Source: Candidatus Latescibacterota bacterium
GTDB taxonomy: Bacteria > Latescibacterota > UBA2968 > GCA-2709665
Length of the DNA stretch: 64,000 nt
NCBI GenBank assembly: GCA_963667175.2
Contig: CAXXXF010000007.1
Coordinates: 96,001-160,000, forward strand
Direction: 5' to 3'
Part shown: one piece after another, positions 48,050 to 57,653 of the stretch
Numbering within the stretch: position 1 is the stretch's first letter
Layout of the letters: the number at the start of each line of letters is the position of its first letter
The notes under the pieces: generated by a model
What the model saw: the letters and a program-made list of their open reading frames with translations, nothing else
Databases searched by the model: none
What the model was told of the DNA's origin: nothing
Made by a program: the position numbers and the translations under genes

Positions 48050-49123
48050 CTAACGCCGGGGTTCGGCGGTGGGCAAATGAACCCTGAAAACGGCGCCCTT
48101 TCCCGCTTCGCTCTCCACCTCGACGTGGCCCCGATGCTGAAAGATGATCTGCTGGGCGATGGAGAGCCCGAGGCCGGTTCCTTCATCACGAGTTGTATAA
48201 TAGAACTCGAAAATCCGATCGACTTCCTCGTCCGGAATCCCGCGTCCGGTATCCGAAATCGAGAGGCAGACCTGACGTCCGTCGGAATCCAACCGCGTCC
48301 GGGCGGAGAGTTCCCCGCCCGACGTCATGGCCTGGAACGCATTTACCGTCATGTTCAGGACGGCCTGGCCCAGTTGACTTTCATCTCCATCCACCGCGGG
48401 AAGACCTTCAAGGAGATCCAGATTCAGCCGAATGCCCCGTTCGCGAGCCTCCGGTGAGACCAGGTCGAAAACGTGCTGCACCACGCTGTTGAGGCTTATC
48501 CGCTGCAGATCCAGCCTCGGGGTTCTGCTAAACCTCAGGAAATTGTGTACAATCCGGTCAAGCCGCTTCATTTCCATCTGCGCAATATTGAGCCTGCGAT
48601 AGACACGGCCCCTCAATCCCTGTTCCGCGTCCTTAAGGTCATCTTCCAGGAGCTGCAGTTGAATGTCCACCGCGCCCAGCGGGTTCCGGACCTCGTGAGC
48701 GACGGATGCAGCCAGGCGCCCGAGCGCGCTCATCTTTTCCTCCTGGTACATCCCCCACTCCATCCGTTTCAGGGCCGAAACGTCCTGCACAACCAGAACC
48801 ACTCCCTGGCCCGTATCCGCGTTCAGGCACGACGTGGTAGCACCCAATCGACGCATTCCACCCTCTTCCTGCTGCAATATCACGTCTTTCGGTTCATGAC
48901 ACAGACTCCCTCCAAACCCGGCCTTCAGAATCTTCAGCAGTTCGGGATGCCCGTCAAACAGCTCGTCGACGCTGCGGCCGATCACGTCGCGCTCCGCCAG
49001 TCCCAGCAGGCAAATCGACGCCCCGTTGGCCAACACGGCACGACGACGACGGTCGAACGCGATTACGCCTTCATTCAGGCCCTCCAGCAACTCGATGCTG
49101 TATTCCGCGGCAGATTTCGCCAT
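48050..49123 (-). CDS. Cytoplasmic PAS-domain sensor histidine kinase
   Basis: PAS-like N-terminus, AHEVRNPL, N box, DTGRGI, GTGLGL; no TM segment. Start at MAKSAAE; the ORF-track extension is MITE sequence. Confidence 0.92.
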   Translation of the reverse strand: MAKSAAEYSIELLEGLNEGVIAFDRRRRAVLANGASICLLGLAERDVIGRSVDELFDGHPELLKILKAGFGGSLCHEPKDVILQQEEGGMRRLGATTSCLNADTGQGVVLVVQDVSALKRMEWGMYQEEKMSALGRLAASVAHEVRNPLGAVDIQLQLLEDDLKDAEQGLRGRVYRRLNIAQMEMKRLDRIVHNFLRFSRTPRLDLQRISLNSVVQHVFDLVSPEARERGIRLNLDLLEGLPAVDGDESQLGQAVLNMTVNAFQAMTSGGELSARTRLDSDGRQVCLSISDTGRGIPDEEVDRIFEFYYTTRDEGTGLGLSIAQQIIFQHRGHVEVESEAGKGAVFRVHLPTAEPRR

Positions 49124-49156
49124 GACGGCTCTCCCGTCGGCTGCATTCCGGTCCAA

Positions 49157-49363
49157 CAGTCCGCTGAAAAAGTCGCTCTGCAGGCGAGGTCGAGTCGTTG
49201 TGGCCGAAGACACGGCGCGTAACCGACTCGAGTCCCTGGATTCGGGGAAGGATCGCCTGCCTGCTACAGGCAGGCAACGCCGTATTTCGGTCGCAAGGGC
49301 CGGACGCCTGCCTGCGTGCGAACGCACAGGCAGGCAGCCCGGATGGACTTTGTCGACGGGCTG
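49157..49363 (+). mobile_element. MITE copy 4
   Basis: Same terminal repeats and body as copies 1 and 2. Confidence 0.85.
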
Positions 49364-49777
49364 TTAACGTATGCATCCCATCTCCAAAAGGCAAGACCGA
49401 TTCTCTGTCAGAACGGCACGACCCGACGGAGGTTCCAGCCGGGCGCCACTGAAGGAACCCGCCCGATCCGGCGCCGACGTTCATACGCACAACTTCTTCA
49501 GCAGGAACGAGTTGAAACGCGCTTTGGTTCTCGTGGCGAAGGAGGTTCAGACGCAGGACAGCTGAACCTGGCCCTCGTCGATTTCGACCTCGAAGACGAA
49601 CGTTCCCTTTGCGACGCGGACGTGCGCGGACTCCGCGAGACGGGGAGGCGAAGACCGAAAACGGCGCCGGACGACCCGGCTGTTTACGGGTCCGTTTCGT
49701 TCGCTCCGACAAGGGATCGATCCCGTGTAACAACCGGTTGTTATTTTCTCTATCTTTAGAAAAAATAAAGAAAAAAC

Positions 49778-49806
49778 TTGACAACACTCACGTCTTGGTT
49801 TACTTT
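49778..49806 (+). promoter_or_regulatory. rho promoter with A-rich upstream element
   Basis: TTGACA-17 nt-TACTTT. Confidence 0.75.
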
Positions 49807-50036
49807 TTCGGTGGTATTCTTCAACTTCCTTCCCACTTTTTCACCGCACACAACCAGACGGCTCCTCGCTTCAGGCATCCCTGGTTACCCGGACTTCCTC
49901 GAACCGCCTCCTTTTGTCAGACACATCCGATTCACGTTTCCGCCGGTTTCTCCGGCCGGCCGAATCCGGCCAGAATCCCCGAAAGATCAACCGTCCGTAT
50001 CATGTATTCCGCAATTTCAGCAAATTGGATTCGCCA

Positions 50037-51344
<1,308 letters not shown>

Positions 51345-51515
51345 AACCGCCCGTACAGGGGCTACCCGCCGGACCGATTCGCCTCCGCGGACTGACGCCG
51401 CCCGCGATCCGGCGCTCCCCTCGCATGTTGAAATCTTGCGTACGGATTCTGTTTTGTATATATTTACGTTTCTGAGTTCATCGTCGACTTCAACGAATCA
51501 GAGGACGTTTACCAG

Positions 51516-51773
51516 GTGAAACCGAATATTCATCCCGATTACGTCGAAACCACCATTACCTGCGCCTGTGGAAATACGCTGACGACCCAGGCGACCGTGC
51601 CCGGCCTTCGGGTGGACATCTGCTCCAACTGTCATCCGTTTTACACGGGCAAGCAACGACTGGTGGACACCGCGGGTATGGTGGAGCGATACCGGCGGCG
51701 ATACAATATGAACGACGCGGAAGCAGGCGAAGATCCGAGTCCCACGAAAGCGCCGGAAGCCGCCGTAGATTAG
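51516..51773 (+). CDS. rpmE: 50S ribosomal protein L31 (zinc-binding type)
   Basis: [23 protein letters not shown]. Confidence 0.96.
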   Translation: MKPNIHPDYVETTITCACGNTLTTQATVPGLRVDICSNCHPFYTGKQRLVDTAGMVERYRRRYNMNDAEAGEDPSPTKAPEAAVD

Positions 51774-51795
51774 CAAACCATATTTTTGGAAAACC

Positions 51796-51851
51796 AGGTG
51801 AAACGGCATCGTCCACCCGCCGGTGGCCGCGCGTACCGCTTCGCCTTTTTT
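51796..51851 (+). terminator. Terminator-like hairpin after rpmE
   Basis: AGGTGAA...TTCGCCT stem plus T-run. Confidence 0.45.
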
Positions 51852-51906
51852 GTTGTCTGTCGTGAGGGCGCAGGCCTGCCAAATGAAAAACTGATGAGGG
51901 AGTTGC

Positions 51907-52995
51907 ATGTTCGGTCAACTGTCAGACGTGGAAAGACGTTTCGAAGAGATCCGTGCGGAAATGGCGCGGCCCGACGTGGCTGCCGATCCCGATAGATTCA
52001 GGGAACTCACGATGGCGTTTCGCGGTCTGGAAGAAATCGTCAACACCTATCGCGAATACCGGCAAGTCGCGGCGAACCTGGCGGAAGCGGGAGAAATCAT
52101 CCGGGACTCGAACGACGCCGAGCTTGTTGAAATCGCCCGGGAGGAACACGCCGAACTCGAGCGCGATGAAGCCAGACTCGCCGGGAGACTTCAATTCCTC
52201 CTGATCCCCAGAGACCCCAACGACAGCAAAAACACAATCGTGGAGATCCGTGCGGGCGCCGGGGGCGACGAGGCGGCCCTGTTTGCCGCCGATCTGTACA
52301 GGATGTACGCCCGCTACTCCGAATCGAAGGGATGGCGCGCCGAACTCCTCAATGCCAACCCGACGGGCATCGGCGGGTTCAAGGAGGTCATCTTCTCGGT
52401 TGGTGGAAGCGACGTCTACGGCAATCTGAAGTACGAAAGCGGCGTCCACCGGGTGCAGCGGATTCCCGAGACCGAATCCAGCGGTCGCATTCACACGTCC
52501 ACTTCCACGGTTGCTGTCCTGCCGGAGGCGGAAGAAGTGGATATCGCAATCAAACCGGAAGAGATACGCGTTGACGTCTACCGTTCCTCGGGGCCGGGAG
52601 GCCAGAGCGTCAATACGACAGATTCCGCCGTCCGAATTACGCACCTGCCCACCGGCCTGATCGTACAATGCCAGGATGAGAAGTCCCAGCACAAGAACAA
52701 GGCCAAAGCGATCAAGGTTCTCCGCGCCCGGCTCCTGGACCGCGCCGTGCAGGAGCAACGGGACACAACGTCGCGAAACCGGCGGGCTCAGGTGGGCACG
52801 GGGGACCGAAGCGCTAAGATTCGCACCTACAATTTTCCCCAGGGCCGGGTCACCGACCACCGGATCAAACTGACGTTGCACAAGCTCGAAGAGACGCTCG
52901 GGGGCGACCTGGACGAACTCATCAACGCCCTGCGCCTGGCCGACCATACCGAAAAAATCAAAGACATCGAACAGAAGCCCGCCATTTCCGCCTGA
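51907..52995 (+). CDS. prfA: Peptide chain release factor 1
   Basis: GVHRVQRIPETE (PxT motif) and GPGGQSVNTTDSAVR. Confidence 0.97.
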   Translation: MFGQLSDVERRFEEIRAEMARPDVAADPDRFRELTMAFRGLEEIVNTYREYRQVAANLAEAGEIIRDSNDAELVEIAREEHAELERDEARLAGRLQFLLIPRDPNDSKNTIVEIRAGAGGDEAALFAADLYRMYARYSESKGWRAELLNANPTGIGGFKEVIFSVGGSDVYGNLKYESGVHRVQRIPETESSGRIHTSTSTVAVLPEAEEVDIAIKPEEIRVDVYRSSGPGGQSVNTTDSAVRITHLPTGLIVQCQDEKSQHKNKAKAIKVLRARLLDRAVQEQRDTTSRNRRAQVGTGDRSAKIRTYNFPQGRVTDHRIKLTLHKLEETLGGDLDELINALRLADHTEKIKDIEQKPAISA

Positions 52996-53906
52996 TGCCG
53001 ACCCGGTCCGGGGGCTTCGACGGGAAGAACATGATCGGACGTTTCACTCCGCCTACCGTCTCCGACGTCCTCGCCAGCGTGGAGCGCAGCCTCGCGGAGG
53101 CCGGTGTGCCGGATCCTCGCGCGGACGCCGAGTGGCTGCTTGCCGCGGTTCTGAAGACCGGGCGTTCCGGCATCTATACGAATGCGCGTGCCCGGCTAAC
53201 GCCGGGGCAGCATACACGCCTTCAAGACCATGTTCGTCGACGGCGCCTGCGTGTGCCGCTTCAGCACCTGCTGGGCGAGACCGAATTCTTCTCCCTGCCG
53301 TTCCACGTCGGCCCCGACGCGCTCATTCCCCGGCCCGAAACCGAGATTCTGGTAGAAACGCTTGTCGACTGCCTGGATGCCGACACCGGAGCACGTATTC
53401 TGGATATCGGCGCCGGCGCCGGTCCCATCGCCGTCGCGCTTGCGCATGCGCTTCCCAAGAGCCGTCTGATCGCAACCGACGTTTCTCCAAAAGCCCTTCG
53501 GCTGGCGGCCCGCAATGCCTGTCGCAACGATGTGCTGCAACGGGTCGCCTTCGTCTGTGCAGACCTCCTTACCGCGTTCCGAACCCGCGCCGTATTCCAC
53601 GCGATTGTCTCGAACCCACCTTACGTCGCATCCCGCGACCTGCGGGCGCTTCAGCCCGAAGTCCGATGCTTCGACCCGCCGCTCGCACTGGATGGCGGCC
53701 CGGACGGGCTGGCCTTCCACCGCTCGATCGTCGCGCGGGCGCCGGCGCTCCTCTACAACGGCGGCTGGCTGGCTCTCGAAGTGGCCGACGGCGCCGCTGC
53801 CGACGTGGCGCAATTGCTGGCGGATGCCCCCGGACTCAGCCATGAACGGACTGTCCCGGACCTGACGGGAACAGAACGCGTCCTGCTGGCGAGAAAACGC
53901 ACGTAG
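52995..53906 (+). CDS. prmC: Release factor glutamine methyltransferase
   Basis: LIPRPETE, DIGAGAG, SNPPY, ALDGGPDGL; follows prfA. The start could be 53031. Confidence 0.94.
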   Translation: MPTRSGGFDGKNMIGRFTPPTVSDVLASVERSLAEAGVPDPRADAEWLLAAVLKTGRSGIYTNARARLTPGQHTRLQDHVRRRRLRVPLQHLLGETEFFSLPFHVGPDALIPRPETEILVETLVDCLDADTGARILDIGAGAGPIAVALAHALPKSRLIATDVSPKALRLAARNACRNDVLQRVAFVCADLLTAFRTRAVFHAIVSNPPYVASRDLRALQPEVRCFDPPLALDGGPDGLAFHRSIVARAPALLYNGGWLALEVADGAAADVAQLLADAPGLSHERTVPDLTGTERVLLARKRT

Positions 53907-53934
53907 CGGACACCCCTCCCTCCAACACATCTCC

Positions 53935-53963
53935 TTGACCCCCAAATTGCCGGTCGCTATATT
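53935..53963 (+). promoter_or_regulatory. sigma70 promoter
   Basis: TTGACC-17 nt-TATATT. Confidence 0.6.
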
Positions 53964-54053
53964 AGCGCAGGAAACCGCGAAAAAACAGGCCTCGAGACCA
54001 TGTGCTGGCGGCGACCCGGGGCACCTGCCCGGTCCCGGATCTCAGGAGCATTG

Positions 54054-55925
54054 ATGACCGTTCCCGACGTCGATCGTCTCATTCCCGAAACGCTGGAACG
54101 TCCGTACCTCTACTTCTCCGGCTCCGACCTGGAACGCATTCGGGAGTTCTGCCTGGACGGCTCCCACGCGGAGGTTTACACACAGACGCGCAAGCGACTC
54201 GACGCCCGACTGGATCAACCGTTCCCGACGCCGCCTCCCAGAGAGGAAAGCTACCGGAACGGCGTCTGGGAATCGTACAGCCGGCTGTCCGCCGAGGCCC
54301 GGAACCTCCTGGAAGACTATGTACTGGCCTATACGGTCGACCGGAACCCGGCCTACTTCGAAAAGGCATGGGAAGGCCTCGCTTCAATCATGAGTTGGCC
54401 TTCGTGGGTCCACCCGGTCCACGAATTCATGCTTCTGGATCTGGACGGCAGCCATACCTGTGCGAGTTTCGCGGCCGCGTACGACCTGCTCTACGATGCG
54501 CTTTCCGAAAATCAGCGCCGCGAGCTCGAATTCATGATCTTCGCGCGTGGACTGGGCCATTGCATCGGGGGCATGCAACACCATTTCTGGGCGTCGAGAT
54601 ACGACAGCAACTGGTGTTCCGTGTGCGTCTCCAACATGGGTCTGTGCGCCATGGCCCTGCTCGACGCAAAGCACGTCCATCTTCGGACGGGAGTTCGCCC
54701 TCGTGAAGCCATGCTCGGCGTTGTTCGGGAGTGCGTCGAGCGCGTCACGAAATTTTACGACGCCATTGAGAACGACGGCTCCTGGAAAGAGGGTCCGGGA
54801 TACTGGAATTACGGCATCAGTACGTCCTTTCCCTTCTCCGACGCACTCAGGCGACTCACCCGCGGGCAGATCAACCTCTACGATCATCCCAAACTCCAAA
54901 ATACGGTCGACTTTCCCATCAACTGCTTTCTCCCGCCCGACCGCGTGGTCAATTTCGCCGACTGCGGCAAACACTTTCCCGCGGGAATGGCCTTCCGCAA
55001 ATTCGCGCTTGAATATGACCACCGTGCCGCGGCGCACTTCGACCGGCTCACAACCGATCGCCGGCCGTCCATCAAACTGGCGGAGCTTCTATGGGACGCG
55101 TCCGGGACCGTTCCGGAACTCCCCTCCCCTCCCCATCCGTCGGCCTACTTTCCCGATGCCGGCTGGTGCGTCATGCGAGGGTCATGGGAGGATCCCGACG
55201 CCCCGGTCCTGGCGTTGAAGATCGGCGCGACGGTCGAGCCCCACGGCCACGCCGACGTTGGAAACTACATAATCCACGCCGGCCAGAGAACCGTCGTGCG
55301 CGAACTGGGCATCGGGCGCTACGGGGACCCCGGCGAATGGATCTTCAAATCGACCCACGGTCACAATCTGCCGCTCTTCGACGGGCAGGGTCAACCCGAT
55401 GAACGACGCCTTGTCGGAACCGTGGAAACTGTTGAATTCACCGGTACGCACGATACGCTCAGGGCTTCCATCGCCCCGGCTTACGGCATCGACAAACTGC
55501 CGGTCTTTGTCCGTCATTACGTCTTCCTGCGACCCGTGCACTTTATCGTCATCGACGAGATCGAAGTGACGGACACGACACGAATGGAATCCCGAATTCA
55601 CGTTTCCGGGACGGCACAGGTCTCGGGTTCGTCGGCCATGATCGCGGCGGCAGAACCTGTAGTGAACGCCCGGCTGCTGACCCCGTCGGGCGCCGTGTTC
55701 GCCACGGGTAGACACAAGGACCTGAAACCCGGGCACGGCGACGCCGAGAGTCTGGAAGTCGAATATCTCAAAATCGAGACCGAACTGAAGCCCGGACGCG
55801 CCAGGTTCGCCGTCGCCTTCGGCATTGACTGTGATACGGCAGACGTGGCGTTGCGATACGCCGACGGCCACATCACCGTCTCCAGCCCGAACCACGCACT
55901 CAGCCTCGTCTCGGCACTGGTCTAA
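54054..55925 (+). CDS. Heparinase II/III-family protein
   Basis: SNWCSVC, DGSWKEGPGYW, NFADC, HGHADVG, HN; no signal peptide. Confidence 0.8.
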   Translation: MTVPDVDRLIPETLERPYLYFSGSDLERIREFCLDGSHAEVYTQTRKRLDARLDQPFPTPPPREESYRNGVWESYSRLSAEARNLLEDYVLAYTVDRNPAYFEKAWEGLASIMSWPSWVHPVHEFMLLDLDGSHTCASFAAAYDLLYDALSENQRRELEFMIFARGLGHCIGGMQHHFWASRYDSNWCSVCVSNMGLCAMALLDAKHVHLRTGVRPREAMLGVVRECVERVTKFYDAIENDGSWKEGPGYWNYGISTSFPFSDALRRLTRGQINLYDHPKLQNTVDFPINCFLPPDRVVNFADCGKHFPAGMAFRKFALEYDHRAAAHFDRLTTDRRPSIKLAELLWDASGTVPELPSPPHPSAYFPDAGWCVMRGSWEDPDAPVLALKIGATVEPHGHADVGNYIIHAGQRTVVRELGIGRYGDPGEWIFKSTHGHNLPLFDGQGQPDERRLVGTVETVEFTGTHDTLRASIAPAYGIDKLPVFVRHYVFLRPVHFIVIDEIEVTDTTRMESRIHVSGTAQVSGSSAMIAAAEPVVNARLLTPSGAVFATGRHKDLKPGHGDAESLEVEYLKIETELKPGRARFAVAFGIDCDTADVALRYADGHITVSSPNHALSLVSALV

Positions 55926-55965
55926 CCGACGGCACACCCACAACGGTCTCACACCCATCCGGCCC

Positions 55966-56730
55966 ATGCGAATTACGACCTGGAACGTGAACGGCCTCCG
56001 CGCCGCACTCCGCAAGGGCTTTGCCCGGCACGTCCGACGAATCTCGCCGGACGTGCTCCTCCTCCAGGAAGTCCGCGCGCTCCCCGAGCAACTGCCCGGC
56101 CGGTGGATGAATCCGCGCGGCTGGCATGTCCACTGGCATCCCGCGGAACGCAAGGGGTATTCCGGGGTTGCGATCTGGTCCCGCCATCGGATCGAGGTCC
56201 TCGGCAAGGGGATCCATGAGTCCGATCCGGAAGGACGCATCCTTCAGGCACGGGTAAACGGTGTCCGGGTGGTCAACGTCTACCTTCCCTCGGGCTCATC
56301 CAGCGAAGACCGTCAGAAGATCAAGGAAGACCTCTGGATGGCCAGGTTTCTGCCCTGGTCGAGGCAATACGCGAAACGGGACGAGCCCGTGATTCTTGGC
56401 GGCGATTTCAACGTCGCTCACACGGAGAGAGACATTTTCTATGCGAAAGGGAACGAAAAAAACTCGGGATTCCTGCCCCACGAAAGGCAGTGGATGACCG
56501 ACCTGCTGGCCGAGGGTTGGAACGACTTTGTCCGGCAGCATTTCGGAGACGTCCAGGGGCCCTATTCCTGGTGGTCCAATCGCGGGAGGGCCCGCGAACT
56601 GGACAGGGGCTGGCGAATCGACTACCTGCTCGGCAATGCCGCGGTCGCCGGACGTTTCCGTAGCGCCGCCGTTCACCGCCGGTCCGGGCTGACCGTTTCG
56701 GACCATGCCCCCGTCAGTATCGATCTCTAA
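55966..56730 (+). CDS. xth: Exodeoxyribonuclease III
   Basis: TWNVNG, LQE, GYSGV, GDFNVAH, GWRIDY, SDHAP. Confidence 0.95.
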   Translation: MRITTWNVNGLRAALRKGFARHVRRISPDVLLLQEVRALPEQLPGRWMNPRGWHVHWHPAERKGYSGVAIWSRHRIEVLGKGIHESDPEGRILQARVNGVRVVNVYLPSGSSSEDRQKIKEDLWMARFLPWSRQYAKRDEPVILGGDFNVAHTERDIFYAKGNEKNSGFLPHERQWMTDLLAEGWNDFVRQHFGDVQGPYSWWSNRGRARELDRGWRIDYLLGNAAVAGRFRSAAVHRRSGLTVSDHAPVSIDL

Positions 56731-56793
56731 CGAATCCCGCGCAACACCCGTTCGGGTTCAGGCCCGCGGTCCACACGAAAAGGAGAGTCGCCC

Positions 56794-57540
56794 TTGACCA
56801 TCCGACCCAACCGAGTCAAACGAATACTCGCCGACGGCGGCATCGCCTGCGTTGCGGGCGGTCTGACACATCCCGACGACGTCGACGCCTTTGGCCCCGT
56901 CGGCTTCGACGGCGTCTGGCTGGAAGGAGAACACGGCCCCGTAAACGCGGCCGACCTCGGCAACCTCACGAGGGCCAGCGACATCTGGGGAATGACCTCG
57001 ATCGTCAGGGTCAACCGCAACGATCAGGCCCTGATATACCGCACCCTGGACCGGGGCGCGCAGGGCATCGTCGTACCCCACGTCAACACGGAGGCGGAGG
57101 CGCGCAACGTCGTCGACGGCGGCAAATTCGCGCCGGCAGGCAAACGCGGCCTCTTCACCAGCCGCCAGGGCTATGGCGTCCCCGGCTACCTGCGCGCCGC
57201 GAACGACGAGACCCTTCTCGTCGTGCTCATCGAGGATATCGCCGCGGTTCAAAACCTGGATGCCATCCTCGGGGTGGATCAGATTGACGTTTTCTTTGTC
57301 GCTCCTTCGGATCTGGCCGCCTCGATGGGCCATATCGGAAACAACGACCATCCCGACGTTCAGCGCACGGTCGACGAGACCCTGGCCCGGATCGGGGACG
57401 CGGGACGCACGCCTGGCGCCCTGACCGGAAATGATAACGTGGAGAAATACACGGGCCTCGGCGCACGCTTTCTATTGACCAATATCGGACCCTGGATCGC
57501 CGCCGGGGCGGCCGACTACCTGGGCCGGGCGCGCGGATAA
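56794..57540 (+). CDS. HpcH/HpaI aldolase family protein
   Basis: WLEGEHG, LDRGAQGIVVPHV, LIED, APSDLA. Confidence 0.9.
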   Translation: MTIRPNRVKRILADGGIACVAGGLTHPDDVDAFGPVGFDGVWLEGEHGPVNAADLGNLTRASDIWGMTSIVRVNRNDQALIYRTLDRGAQGIVVPHVNTEAEARNVVDGGKFAPAGKRGLFTSRQGYGVPGYLRAANDETLLVVLIEDIAAVQNLDAILGVDQIDVFFVAPSDLAASMGHIGNNDHPDVQRTVDETLARIGDAGRTPGALTGNDNVEKYTGLGARFLLTNIGPWIAAGAADYLGRARG

Positions 57541-57653
57541 CGGGCTTCACGTCGACGGTGCGCCGCGAACCGGCTCACCCACCTGCCGAAACTCAGCAAT
57601 CCATCCGGGGCCGTACCCCGGAAGTTCGAAGTCAGACCCGAAGCGAGAGCGCT

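Noticed and set aside
19259-49363. The repeats as a CRISPR array or as protein-coding sequence
   Set aside because: The copies are dispersed, with no repeat-spacer periodicity and no cas genes; ORFs across them are not conserved in frame.
49371-49700. Small ORF 49371-49565 and coding-like fragments beside MITE copy 4
   Set aside because: No RBS or recognisable motif; possibly a gene remnant, but not supportable.
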